Sequence record: MW373745.1
DNA length: 64,000 nucleotides
Reading direction: 5' to 3' (one strand)
In this document: in pieces, positions 34,512-44,630 of the stretch
Position numbering within the stretch: position 1 is the first letter of the stretch
Layout of the letters: each line of letters opens with the position of its first letter
Program-made: the position numbers and the translations under genes
The notes under the pieces: model-generated
Databases searched by the model: none
What the model was told of the DNA's origin: nothing
Seen by the model: the letters and a program-made list of their open reading frames with translations, nothing else

Positions 34512-34807
34512 TTTATCGCCTTGCCCTTGCATTAGGAAAAACCATAGGCGAGTTAGAACAAAGTATAACACAAAGTGAGTTTAACGAGTGGATGTATTTC
34601 TTAAGCACCGAGCCTTTAGCAAGTGATAGAAACGAAATGCAAATGAGTATTTTACTTAATATGTTAGCTTCTTTTATGGGTGTAAAATCGACTAATGAAG
34701 ACTTTTTATTATGCTCTCATTTAAAACATACTAAGCAAAATACTAACGAAAATCAAAAAATCGATATTAAAAAATTACAAGATGACTTTTTAAGTCTTTT
34801 AGGATAG
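34484..34807 (+). CDS. gpT-like -1 frame extension of the tail chaperone (gpGT)
   Basis: The -1 frame reads ...GRLIYRLALALGKTIGELEQSITQSEFNEWMYFLSTEP, continuous with ORF 34592-34807. Confidence 0.75.
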   Translation, partial: PKAREQGRLIYRLALALGKTIGELEQSITQSEFNEWMYFLSTEPLASDRNEMQMSILLNMLASFMGVKSTNEDFLLCSHLKHTKQNTNENQKIDIKKLQDDFLSLLG

Positions 34808-35137
34808 ATGATGATTTATTTCTATATTGAATTCTTTTTCGTTTGGATAATTTTGCAAAATTTGCTTAAATTCTTTCGTATAATCATCGCCAAAAGCATT
34901 ATTTTTGATAGCAAATTCCAAAGCAAAAGCACTCATAAGCACACTTTTACCTTGCTTTGTTTTTATGAAATTTTCATGAGCTTCTTTAAAGGCGATAAGC
35001 TCTTTTTCGCAACTTTTATAATCATTAAGAAATTTTTCATTTTTAAATATTTTTTGGCTTTTGCTCCACATCAGAAAAAAGACAAAACAAATAAAAACAA
35101 AAGCAAAAAAATTAAGCTCTATATATGGAAAAAACAT
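34799..35137 (-). CDS. Membrane-anchored hypothetical protein (moron)
   Basis: N-terminal TM segment; opposite strand to the tail operon. Confidence 0.55.
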   Translation of the reverse strand: MFFPYIELNFFAFVFICFVFFLMWSKSQKIFKNEKFLNDYKSCEKELIAFKEAHENFIKTKQGKSVLMSAFALEFAIKNNAFGDDYTKEFKQILQNYPNEKEFNIEINHHLS

Positions 35138-35196
35138 AATTTAAAAACTCCATTTTTTATCTTAAATTCTACTCAAAAAAACTAAAAGGAACATAA

Positions 35197-38100
35197 ATGG
35201 CTAAAAATGTTAAAATCGGCGTTAGCGTAGATACAAATAGCGGTGTAGCGAGTATTGGAGGTTTAAATAAAAGTTTTAATCAATTAGGAAATGCTACACA
35301 AACAACAAATAAATACATAAAAGATATAGAAAAAAGCTTTTTAGGACTTTCAAAAAGCGTAATTGACATGAACGCCCATTTAACACAAGCTTATCAGGGT
35401 TATAAAACTTTAGCACTTGATATAAAAAATTTTGGTAGCTCTTTTATAGAAGCAAGTAAAAGTTTTGAGACTGCAAAAACTCAACTTGCTTTTATAACAG
35501 CCACCACGCATTCAAATATTGATACCACAGGAAAAGCCATATCACAACTTGAAAAATGGAAAGCCGCTACAAAAAGCAGTGAAAAAACCTTTAAAGATTT
35601 TAATGATTTGCATACTAAAACAGGCTATTCTTTGCAGGATTTATCAAGTATGTTTCAATCTTTTGCCTCCACAGCTTTAAATAATATGAGCTTTGATGAA
35701 GCTAAAAAAGCTTTTGAAAGTATTATGATAGCAACCTCAAATACTTCCATGAGTGCTAATCAACTTTCAATTACTATGGATAGTTTAGGAGCTGGGGCAT
35801 TTAGCGCAAGTGGAGATTTAAGAAGATTTGCTGAAAGTTTAGGTATTACAAATGATGCTATGAGCGAAGCAAAGAAAAATGGTAAGCTTTTTGATTTATT
35901 TATAGAAAAAACCAAAGAGTTAACAAAATATACAGACTACACAACGCAAACCTATGAAAAGCAAATGCAAAAATTTGAAGCTAATATGCAAATGTTACAA
36001 GCTGAAATTTCAAAACCTATTTTTGATACTCTTAAAAGCTCGCTTATAGATATAAACACTTATATTAAAGATAATGAAAAAGAAATTAAAGCGGGCATTA
36101 AAGCTATTACCGAATTTGCTACTTCTTTTAAAGATTTGGCTATTGGTGCAGGACTTGCTTATGTAGCTTTTAAAAGTTTTAATTCTTTTAAGAATTCATC
36201 TTTTTTTACAAGTCTTAGTAATGGTATTAAGAATGTTAAAAAAGATTATGATGATTTAATAATAAAACAAAAAGAAATGAAAGAACTTGTTATAAATCAA
36301 AGGAATTTAAAATTTCAAGCACAAAGCTTTAAAGATGCTATCAAAGATTTAGAAAGATTGCAAAGCCTTATGCCACAAAAAGCAAAAGAGGTTAGCAATT
36401 TAGCTCCTTTTTATTCTACAAGCCAAAAAACAATGATAAGTGCTGAAAAAATGCTACTCCAACAAGAAGCCCTTAAAAATATAAGAAATTTAGAAGAAGA
36501 GATTAAGAAAAATGAAACTTTAATTAATGAAAGTATCTTAAAAAGAAATCCTTTGTTAAGCACCATAAAAGGCACTATGAGTAATTTAGCAAATTCTGCT
36601 TTAAATTTTACAAAGGCTTTAGCTCCAACTGCTGGGCTTATAGCTTTGATGACTTTTATAGAAAAGCTTTATACGAATTGGGATAATTTTGACAAAGCTT
36701 TAGAAAAAACATCAAAAAGAAAGCTAGAAAACAAAAGTTCAAAAGAATTAGATGAGTATGTTAAAAATCTTAAAAGTCAAATGGATGCCTTAGAAGCAAA
36801 TGGAAGTGTTTTGGGAGCTCAAATCACATCAAAATTAGATTTTTGGTATATAAAAGAAGGTGTAGAAAGTGTTTTAAAAGGCACTGATTATATGTTTGAA
36901 AGTGTTACCGGAAAACAGCTAAAAATGAATAAAGAAGCTAGAAAAGCTTACGAACAAATACAGGCAAATTTAAAACTAGCCGAAGAAGCCGCCAAAAAAG
37001 CAAAGGAGCAAGAATTTAAACTAGAAGCTATTGATAATCTCCCTGCTAGTGTTAGCAAAGCCATGGAAAGTTTGAAAGCTTTAAGGATACCGCAAAGCAC
37101 AGAAGAACAAGCCGAAAATTTAAGAAAACAATATGAGCTTATCAGCGAAACCATACAACAAATCACGAATAATGCAAATTGGAATAAAGACTTAGCAAAA
37201 TTAGAGCAATATAACGCTTTAGTAGCTCAAAGAACGCATTATGAAGAATATATAAATAAACAAGAAGAGCAAAGATTAAAAAAAGAAAAAGAAATCGCCA
37301 ATCAAAAACTGGCAGAACGCATCAAAGAACAAAATGAAGCCTTAAAAGAAATTTCACAAATAGGCATGAGTGAATACGATAAAAAATTAAGCCAAATTAA
37401 TGAAAAATTAAAAGTATGGAAAAAGTTAGGCATTGATAAAAACAAATTAAAACAAGCAGAAGAAAGCCTTAAAATTAATCTTGATCTAGAAAGTGCAAAT
37501 AAAGACTTTGAAGATACTAAAAATTTAATGATTGAATTTTATGAAAGTATAGAAAATAAGCAGGAAGCTTGGGCATTAAAAGAAATTGAGCTAAGAGACA
37601 AATACAGCAAATTATTAAGTGAAAATCTCATCAAAGAAGAAGATTTTAAAAAGATGATAAAAGCCAATAAAGACGCTTATTTTCAAATGGGCAAAGACAG
37701 TAAAAAAGCCATGAGCGAAGTAGAAAAAAACTATAATCAAATGATAGCAAATATGCAAAAAACGATAGAAAGTAGCTTTTTTGATGTTATAAATGGGAAA
37801 ATAAAAACCTTAAAAGATTTGTTTAAAGATTTAGGAAAAACCATTTTACAAGATTTTTTAAGTCCTTATATTTCATCACTTAGTGGCTTTTTATCTAAGG
37901 CAGGAGCTGGAGTATTGAGCGGTTTAATGCCTAATTTTGCTTTTGGTAATGTGAATTCACACTCGCAAACAAATGCTTTTAGCTCAGTTGTTGAATTTGC
38001 TAAAAATCAAGGTTTAAATTTAAATAGTGATGGCAAATATCAAGGTGTGGTTAATGGTGTTGAGGTAGTCATGGATAAAACAGGCACCATAGAAAAAGGA

Positions 38101-40896
38101 AATAATGCTTTTAATAATGTGAGTAATATTATAGAGGGTGCAAGTAAATTAGATGGCATTATGAGTGGCGAATGGATAGATAAAGCGGGCGCCACTTATG
38201 ATAAAGTTATGAATTGGTTTGGCAGTAGTCAAAATGCAGGAAGTGAAATAAGTTTTAGTGATGCTTTAAATGCGGATGGTTTTAGTGATTTTTTAAGTTC
38301 AAGTTCTGATATTAGCACTACTATTGAAAATTCAAGCACAAATATTATAGATAGTATAGGCAATGGCTTTAATTCTTTATTTGATAATTTACAAGGTTAT
38401 ATCAATTCAATAGGCACTTTTGGCAGTAATCTTTTAGCTAATGGTTCAGCTTATTTGGCAAATTTTTTAGGACTTGGTGCAAGCTTTACAAACGGTGCTT
38501 CTTTGGCGGGTATGGGATTAAGTGGTGCAAGTAATGCTTTATCTCTTGGTTTTGGTGGGGGCTTGGGCTATATAGGTGGCACTTTAGCTAATGCAGCAAT
38601 GGGCGGACTTCTAGGTTATGGCATAGGAAGCTTAGGTGATTGGCTTTTTAAGGCTGATACTCACGCAGGAACAGGTGGTGCGATAGGTGGTGCATTAGGT
38701 AGTATTATAATGCCTGGCATTGGAACTATAGTAGGTGGGCTTTTAGGATCAGTCATTGGCGGTATTTTTGGAAAAACCAAAGTAACAGGAAGCGGCTTAC
38801 AACTTTGGGAAAATATAAATTTTAGTGATTTTTTTACAAATTCTAATTTGCAAGGTTATGTAGACTATCAAAAGAAAGGATGGTTTAGTAAAAAAAGCTG
38901 GACAGAGTATAATAATTTAAGTGATAAAAAAATCAAAGAAATCAATCGTGTTTTAGAAAACCAATACGCAACACTTGTAAAATTAAATGCCAATTTAGAT
39001 AAGTTTGAATTAGTAGCTGGAAAATACGCTAATAATTCTTTATTTGATACGGCTTTGCCTACTGCACTTTTAAAAAGCTTTTTAAATATCGATGATAAAA
39101 GCGAAATCGATGCACAAATTGTAGCAATACAAGAAAAGGCAAAAGCAAATAATATAAGCTATGCCCAGCAACTTTCTAATCAATTTGGTACTTTTATGCA
39201 AATGCAAACTAGCATTTTAAATCAAATTTATAAAAATGATCCAACAAAACAAGCAAAAATAGCTTATGATGATACCATGTATGCTTTAAAAACTGCGATG
39301 AGAAATTCCACAGGTGGATTTAGTCTTTTTGGATTAAGTGAAGAAAGCTTTAAAGATTTAGGACAACTTAGTGCCGAAGCACTTAATAAAGCTTTCAATG
39401 AGAGCTTAAGGCAAGATTTTAGCCCTGAGAATTTAGAAATTTGGCAACAATTAACACAAGCTTATACGCAAGCACAAGAACAAGTTAAAAATCTTTTAAA
39501 TTCTATCATACAAAAAACACAAGAACTTATGCAAATCAATCAAAGCTTTTTAAGTGCTAATGGTATTTCAAGTAGTATTTTTGAAGTTAATCATCTAATG
39601 AATTCTTACGCAACCTTAATGAGCGGTTTAAAAGATGATTTAAATGATAGCGAAAAAGAAATGCTAAAGGATATTTTTAGTGCTAATGATAAGCTTTTAA
39701 GTTTAGGTTATGAGGGTTTAAATGAATTTTTAAGCACGGGTAATACTGAACTTAGAAAACAGCTTGTAGATATCATTACACAATTTAAACAAATAAGCGA
39801 CAAACAAGGCGGTTTAATCTTTTCAAGCGAACATTTAAACAAACTCGCTGAGGTAGAAAAGCTTATTAATGCGTATGAGAACAAAGATGAAAGCAAAGAA
39901 GCAGATCAAGTAAGGTTAAATGAAAATAATAAACTTTTAAGTAAATTAAATAGCGAACTTGGTATTTTAAGTTCTTTGGGTTCTTTTAGCACTAATTTAA
40001 TCAATCAAAGCATAGCTACAAGCGAGAGCGTGGCGCTAAACTACGATAAAATTTTAAAACAAGCTAAAAATGATTTTAAAAATGGCAATCTTACAAGTTC
40101 AAGCTTTAGTGCCTTGCAAAACGCTGCAACGCAAAAAGCAAACGAGATCAAAAATCAAGCTTCAAGCTTTGCAGAGTATCAACTACAAATGCTTAAAATG
40201 GCAAATGAAATGAAAGATTTAGGTGGTGAGGCAGATTTAAATTCAATACAAGATAAAATAGAAGCCATTACAGAAGAAAATAAAAAATTACAAGAAAAGT
40301 TAGATCAAACTTTAAAAGACACTTCTAATATGACTTTAGAAGAGTTAAAAGAGTATAAAAAAACTCTTATTGCACAAAGTGAAGCAGAAATTGCAAAAAT
40401 GATCGAGTATTTAGGCGAAGAAAGCCCTATGGCTAAATATTTACAAGAAACGATTAAATCTATAAAAGATGGCGCCTCTCTTACAGAAACAACGCTTAAA
40501 AATTTAGAATATGCACTTTTGCAATATCAAAATAATCAGGTAAATATAGATAAAGATTTAAATAATGAGATTAAAAATCCTTACAAAAAAATGAAAGCTT
40601 TTGCAGATGGCGGGATAGTTACACGCCCTACAAATGCTTTAATTGGAGAGAATGGTTATCCTGAGGCTGTAATTCCTTTAAAAAATGGCAAAGGTTTAAA
40701 AATCGATGCAAGTGGAGTTTTTGAAAAAATAGGCATCGCTTTTGAAAAAGCTATTAATAAAGGTTTTAATTCTTTTGAAGAAAAACTAGACTTAATCGCT
40801 TCAAAAATTGACAATGTAGATAAAAGTGTAAAAAGAGCAAATATGGATTTAAGTATTTTAACTAAACAAACTAGAGAAATTGCAGAAAATATTTAA
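35197..40896 (+). CDS. Tape measure protein (1899 aa)
   Basis: Length, helical composition, Gly-rich GxxLG segment, C-terminal FADGGIVT.PT.ALIGE.G.PEAVIPL. Confidence 0.9.
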   Translation: MAKNVKIGVSVDTNSGVASIGGLNKSFNQLGNATQTTNKYIKDIEKSFLGLSKSVIDMNAHLTQAYQGYKTLALDIKNFGSSFIEASKSFETAKTQLAFITATTHSNIDTTGKAISQLEKWKAATKSSEKTFKDFNDLHTKTGYSLQDLSSMFQSFASTALNNMSFDEAKKAFESIMIATSNTSMSANQLSITMDSLGAGAFSASGDLRRFAESLGITNDAMSEAKKNGKLFDLFIEKTKELTKYTDYTTQTYEKQMQKFEANMQMLQAEISKPIFDTLKSSLIDINTYIKDNEKEIKAGIKAITEFATSFKDLAIGAGLAYVAFKSFNSFKNSSFFTSLSNGIKNVKKDYDDLIIKQKEMKELVINQRNLKFQAQSFKDAIKDLERLQSLMPQKAKEVSNLAPFYSTSQKTMISAEKMLLQQEALKNIRNLEEEIKKNETLINESILKRNPLLSTIKGTMSNLANSALNFTKALAPTAGLIALMTFIEKLYTNWDNFDKALEKTSKRKLENKSSKELDEYVKNLKSQMDALEANGSVLGAQITSKLDFWYIKEGVESVLKGTDYMFESVTGKQLKMNKEARKAYEQIQANLKLAEEAAKKAKEQEFKLEAIDNLPASVSKAMESLKALRIPQSTEEQAENLRKQYELISETIQQITNNANWNKDLAKLEQYNALVAQRTHYEEYINKQEEQRLKKEKEIANQKLAERIKEQNEALKEISQIGMSEYDKKLSQINEKLKVWKKLGIDKNKLKQAEESLKINLDLESANKDFEDTKNLMIEFYESIENKQEAWALKEIELRDKYSKLLSENLIKEEDFKKMIKANKDAYFQMGKDSKKAMSEVEKNYNQMIANMQKTIESSFFDVINGKIKTLKDLFKDLGKTILQDFLSPYISSLSGFLSKAGAGVLSGLMPNFAFGNVNSHSQTNAFSSVVEFAKNQGLNLNSDGKYQGVVNGVEVVMDKTGTIEKGNNAFNNVSNIIEGASKLDGIMSGEWIDKAGATYDKVMNWFGSSQNAGSEISFSDALNADGFSDFLSSSSDISTTIENSSTNIIDSIGNGFNSLFDNLQGYINSIGTFGSNLLANGSAYLANFLGLGASFTNGASLAGMGLSGASNALSLGFGGGLGYIGGTLANAAMGGLLGYGIGSLGDWLFKADTHAGTGGAIGGALGSIIMPGIGTIVGGLLGSVIGGIFGKTKVTGSGLQLWENINFSDFFTNSNLQGYVDYQKKGWFSKKSWTEYNNLSDKKIKEINRVLENQYATLVKLNANLDKFELVAGKYANNSLFDTALPTALLKSFLNIDDKSEIDAQIVAIQEKAKANNISYAQQLSNQFGTFMQMQTSILNQIYKNDPTKQAKIAYDDTMYALKTAMRNSTGGFSLFGLSEESFKDLGQLSAEALNKAFNESLRQDFSPENLEIWQQLTQAYTQAQEQVKNLLNSIIQKTQELMQINQSFLSANGISSSIFEVNHLMNSYATLMSGLKDDLNDSEKEMLKDIFSANDKLLSLGYEGLNEFLSTGNTELRKQLVDIITQFKQISDKQGGLIFSSEHLNKLAEVEKLINAYENKDESKEADQVRLNENNKLLSKLNSELGILSSLGSFSTNLINQSIATSESVALNYDKILKQAKNDFKNGNLTSSSFSALQNAATQKANEIKNQASSFAEYQLQMLKMANEMKDLGGEADLNSIQDKIEAITEENKKLQEKLDQTLKDTSNMTLEELKEYKKTLIAQSEAEIAKMIEYLGEESPMAKYLQETIKSIKDGASLTETTLKNLEYALLQYQNNQVNIDKDLNNEIKNPYKKMKAFADGGIVTRPTNALIGENGYPEAVIPLKNGKGLKIDASGVFEKIGIAFEKAINKGFNSFEEKLDLIASKIDNVDKSVKRANMDLSILTKQTREIAENI

Positions 40897-40908
40897 TAAG
40901 GAAAGAAG

Positions 40909-41778
40909 ATGACTATAATTAAACCTTTAGAATTTGAAGTTTTACAAAATTTAGCTAAAAAAGATGAAACGCCTTTATGGGATAAGGAAGTAAGTTATAA
41001 AAATAATGAAAAAGTGCAATTTAAAGGTTTTGTTTGGGTAAGTGCAAGTGATGAAGATACGCATGAAGAACCTGATGTGTATTTTGATAAATGGGTTAAA
41101 TTTGCACCCATCAATGAAAATGCTTTTTTTGATGATGAATTAAATACTCAAACAAAATGCGATAAAGCTTGGAGTGTAAAATTGAAAGTAGATGGGGTAT
41201 TTGATACTTTAGCATTTTTAAATTTAGATGTTTCAAAAATAAAGATAGAAACATTAGATGGCAAAATCATTTATGAAAAATCAATGTATTATAAAAAATC
41301 TCGCACTTGGTGGGAATATTTTTTTAGCAAATTTAAAGTCAATAAAGAAGATTTTGTGTTTTTACCTTATCCTATTAACTCAGAAATTTTAATAAGTTTT
41401 GAGCCTGCTAAAATAGGGTGTAATGTAGGACATATTTTAATAGGAAAAAAAGAATTTGCAGGTGTTACAATCTATCCTGCAAATAGCACTTATATAAATT
41501 ACTCAAAAACTTCAACAAATGAATGGGGAGTAACAAATGTAGTAACTGGTAAGAAAGCAAAATACTTAGAATTTATAGTTGCTGTAGAAAAAAAAGACTT
41601 TGATTATTATGATGATTTAATAGCAGGACTTTATAATACTAAAGCCTTATTTATAGGAGATGAAAGCGAATTGGGCTTTAAAAAATTAACTACTTTTGGA
41701 ATTTTAAAAGATTATTCTGCACCTTTAGAGGATCAAGATTATATGCAATATAAACTAAATATTCAAGGTTTGATTTAA
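40909..41778 (+). CDS. Minor tail protein (distal-tail-like)
   Basis: Directly after the tape measure gene. Confidence 0.5.
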   Translation: MTIIKPLEFEVLQNLAKKDETPLWDKEVSYKNNEKVQFKGFVWVSASDEDTHEEPDVYFDKWVKFAPINENAFFDDELNTQTKCDKAWSVKLKVDGVFDTLAFLNLDVSKIKIETLDGKIIYEKSMYYKKSRTWWEYFFSKFKVNKEDFVFLPYPINSEILISFEPAKIGCNVGHILIGKKEFAGVTIYPANSTYINYSKTSTNEWGVTNVVTGKKAKYLEFIVAVEKKDFDYYDDLIAGLYNTKALFIGDESELGFKKLTTFGILKDYSAPLEDQDYMQYKLNIQGLI

Positions 41779-41800
41779 AAAATAAAAAATATCTTCTAAC

Positions 41801-41833
41801 ACGCACTTTAACGCCTTAAAAATTTTCTAAAAT
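41801..41833 (+). promoter_or_regulatory. Conserved late-promoter motif, copy 3 (upstream of prohead protease)
   Basis: ACGCACTTTAACGCCTTAAA, TAAAAT at +27. Confidence 0.7.
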
Positions 41834-41863
41834 CCTTATAAAACTTCAAAAAAGGATTTTAAA

Positions 41864-42421
41864 ATGAGTTTTAAAAACATAAGAGCAGATACCGCAAGAC
41901 TTAGAAGCGTTAGCGAAGAAAATATGTCTTTAAGCTTTGTCATGGTTTCAAATTCTAATGCTTGTTTGCGTTTTGATTGGGAGCTTGGGGACTATATAGA
42001 AGAGCTTGATGTAAAAGGTGCGAGATTTGAAAATCTTAAAACTCTTTTTAAAGATCATAAACCAAGCGTAGATAATGCTATCGCAAGAATTGAAAATATA
42101 AGAATTGAAAATAATGAGTTAGTTTGTGATTGTATCTTTGCCAAAGACGAAAAAAGCTTAGATATCTTTAAAAAATATCAAGATGGAATTTTAAGCGATG
42201 TGTCAATTGGTTATAGAGTTTTAAAGCAAGTTGTAGATAAAAAAAGTTCGCCTAAAAGGGTTCTAGTTACAGAGTTTGAAATTTTTGAACTCAGCGCTGT
42301 TTGGAAAGGTGCGGATAAAAACGCTAAAAAACGCTTTGAAGAAGATGAAGAAAAAAAGAAAATCAAAGCCTTAAGTGAAGCTAGAGAGCGAGAACTTAAA
42401 CTTTTAGAAATATCAATTTAA
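41864..42421 (+). CDS. Prohead protease (HK97 family)
   Basis: LFKDH, LSDVSIGY, IFELSAVWKGAD..A. Confidence 0.85.
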   Translation: MSFKNIRADTARLRSVSEENMSLSFVMVSNSNACLRFDWELGDYIEELDVKGARFENLKTLFKDHKPSVDNAIARIENIRIENNELVCDCIFAKDEKSLDIFKKYQDGILSDVSIGYRVLKQVVDKKSSPKRVLVTEFEIFELSAVWKGADKNAKKRFEEDEEKKKIKALSEARERELKLLEISI

Positions 42422-42437
42422 ACAAGGAGAAAAAACA

Positions 42438-43604
42438 ATGCAAAAATTAAGACAAGAAATAGGAAATTTACACGAACAAATGGTGGCTTTATCAAATAAG
42501 GCTAAAAACGAGCAAAGAAGCTTTAGTGCTGAAGAAAACACAAAATACGAAGCTTTAATGCAAGATTTTGAAAGTAAAAGAAAAGAACTCTCAAGAGCTG
42601 AAGCAGAGCTAGAAAGAGAAAAATATTTAAATGAGGTTGTAAGCCCTGTTTTAGGACAAAATCCTAAAGGAGAGGATGAAGATTTAAATGAAGAAAATCA
42701 TATGCGTTCTTTTGTGAATTATTTAAGAAATGGAAGTATTGACAATATTTTAAAAAGAAATGTTTTAAATGAAAGCACAGCAGAGCAAGGTGGGATTTTA
42801 GTCCCTACAACTTTGCAAAGTAAAATAAGAGAAAAATTAAATGATCTTAGTGTTATTAGAAAGATTGCTACAGTGCAAAAAAGCTCTAGCAATCAAATTA
42901 TACCTGTTTTTGATGAGATGGGGGAATTTTCTTGGCTTGGCGAACAGGAAAGCTTTACTGAAGTTAGTGCTAAATTTAGTTCTTTAAGTATAGGCGCACA
43001 TAAGCTTGGCGGTATTATTAAAATCAGCGAAGAACTCTTGAGTGACAACATTGCAAATCTTGAAAGTTTTATAGTGCGAAAAGCCGCTGAAAAGATTTCA
43101 AAAACAGAAGAATTAAGTTTTATTAATGGAGATGGAAATAAAAAACCAACAGGACTTAAAAATGCTAAAAAAGCGTTTACACTTGCTTCAAATCAAGGTA
43201 TTACAAGCAATGATATCATAGATGCTTTTTTCAGTTTAGACAGTGCTTATCGTAAAAATGCCACTTGGCTTGTAGGAGATGAGTTTATGAAAGCTATTTA
43301 TAAACTTACAGATAATGATAATCGCCCATTGTGGCTACCTGCTTTAAGTGCTAATGGCTATGACACAATTTTAGGTAAAAAGGTAGTTTATTGTTCTGGT
43401 GTTGATGGTTTTGGTGCAAGCAAAGTCCCTGCATTTTTTGGAGATTTTAGTTTTTATGAAATTTGGGATAGATCAAGTATGAGTTTTACAAGACTTAATG
43501 AGCTTTACTCTCAAAATGATTTAATAGGTATTAAAGTGCGTTTAAGACTTGATGCAAAGCTTATGGATAATTCGGCAGTTTGTAAAATTGTATGCCCTGC
43601 TTAA
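42438..43604 (+). CDS. Major capsid protein (HK97 fold, with delta domain)
   Basis: GGILVP, KISEELLSD, FINGDG..KPTGL, GDFS.Y. Confidence 0.95.
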   Translation: MQKLRQEIGNLHEQMVALSNKAKNEQRSFSAEENTKYEALMQDFESKRKELSRAEAELEREKYLNEVVSPVLGQNPKGEDEDLNEENHMRSFVNYLRNGSIDNILKRNVLNESTAEQGGILVPTTLQSKIREKLNDLSVIRKIATVQKSSSNQIIPVFDEMGEFSWLGEQESFTEVSAKFSSLSIGAHKLGGIIKISEELLSDNIANLESFIVRKAAEKISKTEELSFINGDGNKKPTGLKNAKKAFTLASNQGITSNDIIDAFFSLDSAYRKNATWLVGDEFMKAIYKLTDNDNRPLWLPALSANGYDTILGKKVVYCSGVDGFGASKVPAFFGDFSFYEIWDRSSMSFTRLNELYSQNDLIGIKVRLRLDAKLMDNSAVCKIVCPA

Positions 43605-43614
43605 AGGATGGAAG

Positions 43615-43866
43615 ATGAAAAAAGTAGTTTTCAAGTGTTGTTTAAGCGGTAATATTTTTTATAAAAAAGGTGATGAGGTTTTACTTGAAGATAGTGAAGC
43701 CTTAAGGCTCTTAGAAAAAGGCATTGTGGAAATCGTGGAACAAGAAGAACAAAAACAAAATACTGATGAAAAATCAAATACAGATAAAAAGCCACAAGAA
43801 GATCAAGAAATGCAAGAAAAACCACAAAAACAAAACGAAAAAGAAGATAAAAAAGGTAAAAAATGA
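43615..43866 (+). CDS. Small hypothetical head-region protein
   Basis: ATG at 43615 after AAGGA; charged tail. Confidence 0.55.
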   Translation: MKKVVFKCCLSGNIFYKKGDEVLLEDSEALRLLEKGIVEIVEQEEQKQNTDEKSNTDKKPQEDQEMQEKPQKQNEKEDKKGKK

Positions 43867-44300
43867 GATTAAAGGCATTAAAAGATAGCAAAAAAGAACT
43901 CATAGACATTCAAGAATTAAGAGACTTTTTAAGAATTGATAGCGATGTTTTTGATGCAAATTTAAAACAATTTTTAAAAGCTGGAATGAATGAATTTGAA
44001 ACAAGAACCAATCGCATTTTAGCTTTAAATGATTATGAAGTTGAATTTTTTAATGAAAGGGTGATTTTAGCTCCTTTTAATGCTTTAAAAAATGCAAATT
44101 TTAAAGCCGAGTTTAAAACAAATGGTGGTGTGCTTTATGCAATAGGTTGTGGGAATATGATTGTAAATTTAGGTTTTGAAGAATTGCCACAAGACATAAA
44201 ATTGTGGCTTAAAAATTATGTTTTAATGGCTTTTGATGGTGTGAGTATGCCTAAAATTTCAAGTGCTTTAATCACTCGCTACAAAATAGCTTATTTTTAA
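43863..44300 (+). CDS. Head-tail connector (gp6-like)
   Basis: ELRDFLRIDSD...FETRTNR...LPQDIK. Confidence 0.75.
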   Translation: MRLKALKDSKKELIDIQELRDFLRIDSDVFDANLKQFLKAGMNEFETRTNRILALNDYEVEFFNERVILAPFNALKNANFKAEFKTNGGVLYAIGCGNMIVNLGFEELPQDIKLWLKNYVLMAFDGVSMPKISSALITRYKIAYF

Positions 44301-44306
44301 AAGGCA

Positions 44307-44630
44307 ATGGCAATGAAAGCAAATGGATTTAAGCATAGAGTTAAAATTTACAAAAAAGAACAAAGCAAAAATGAGTTTTTAGAAAGCGATTTTACGCAAG
44401 ATTTACTTTTTAAAGAAGTTTATGCAAGTTGTAAAAATCTAAGTGCGGATGTTAAAGAGTTAAATAGTGGCTTATCTTTAGTCGCTACGCATGAATTTGA
44501 GCTTAGATTTTTAGAGCTTGATTTTTCTTATTTTCTAGTTTTTAGAGATGAAAAATATGAGATTGTAAGCTTGGAAGATGAAAGCCAAAACAAGAAATTT
44601 TTAAAAATAAAAGCAAGGAAATTTCAATGA
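44307..44630 (+). CDS. Head-tail adaptor/stopper
   Basis: FKHRVKI...VYA...THEFELR...YEI. Confidence 0.75.
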   Translation: MAMKANGFKHRVKIYKKEQSKNEFLESDFTQDLLFKEVYASCKNLSADVKELNSGLSLVATHEFELRFLELDFSYFLVFRDEKYEIVSLEDESQNKKFLKIKARKFQ

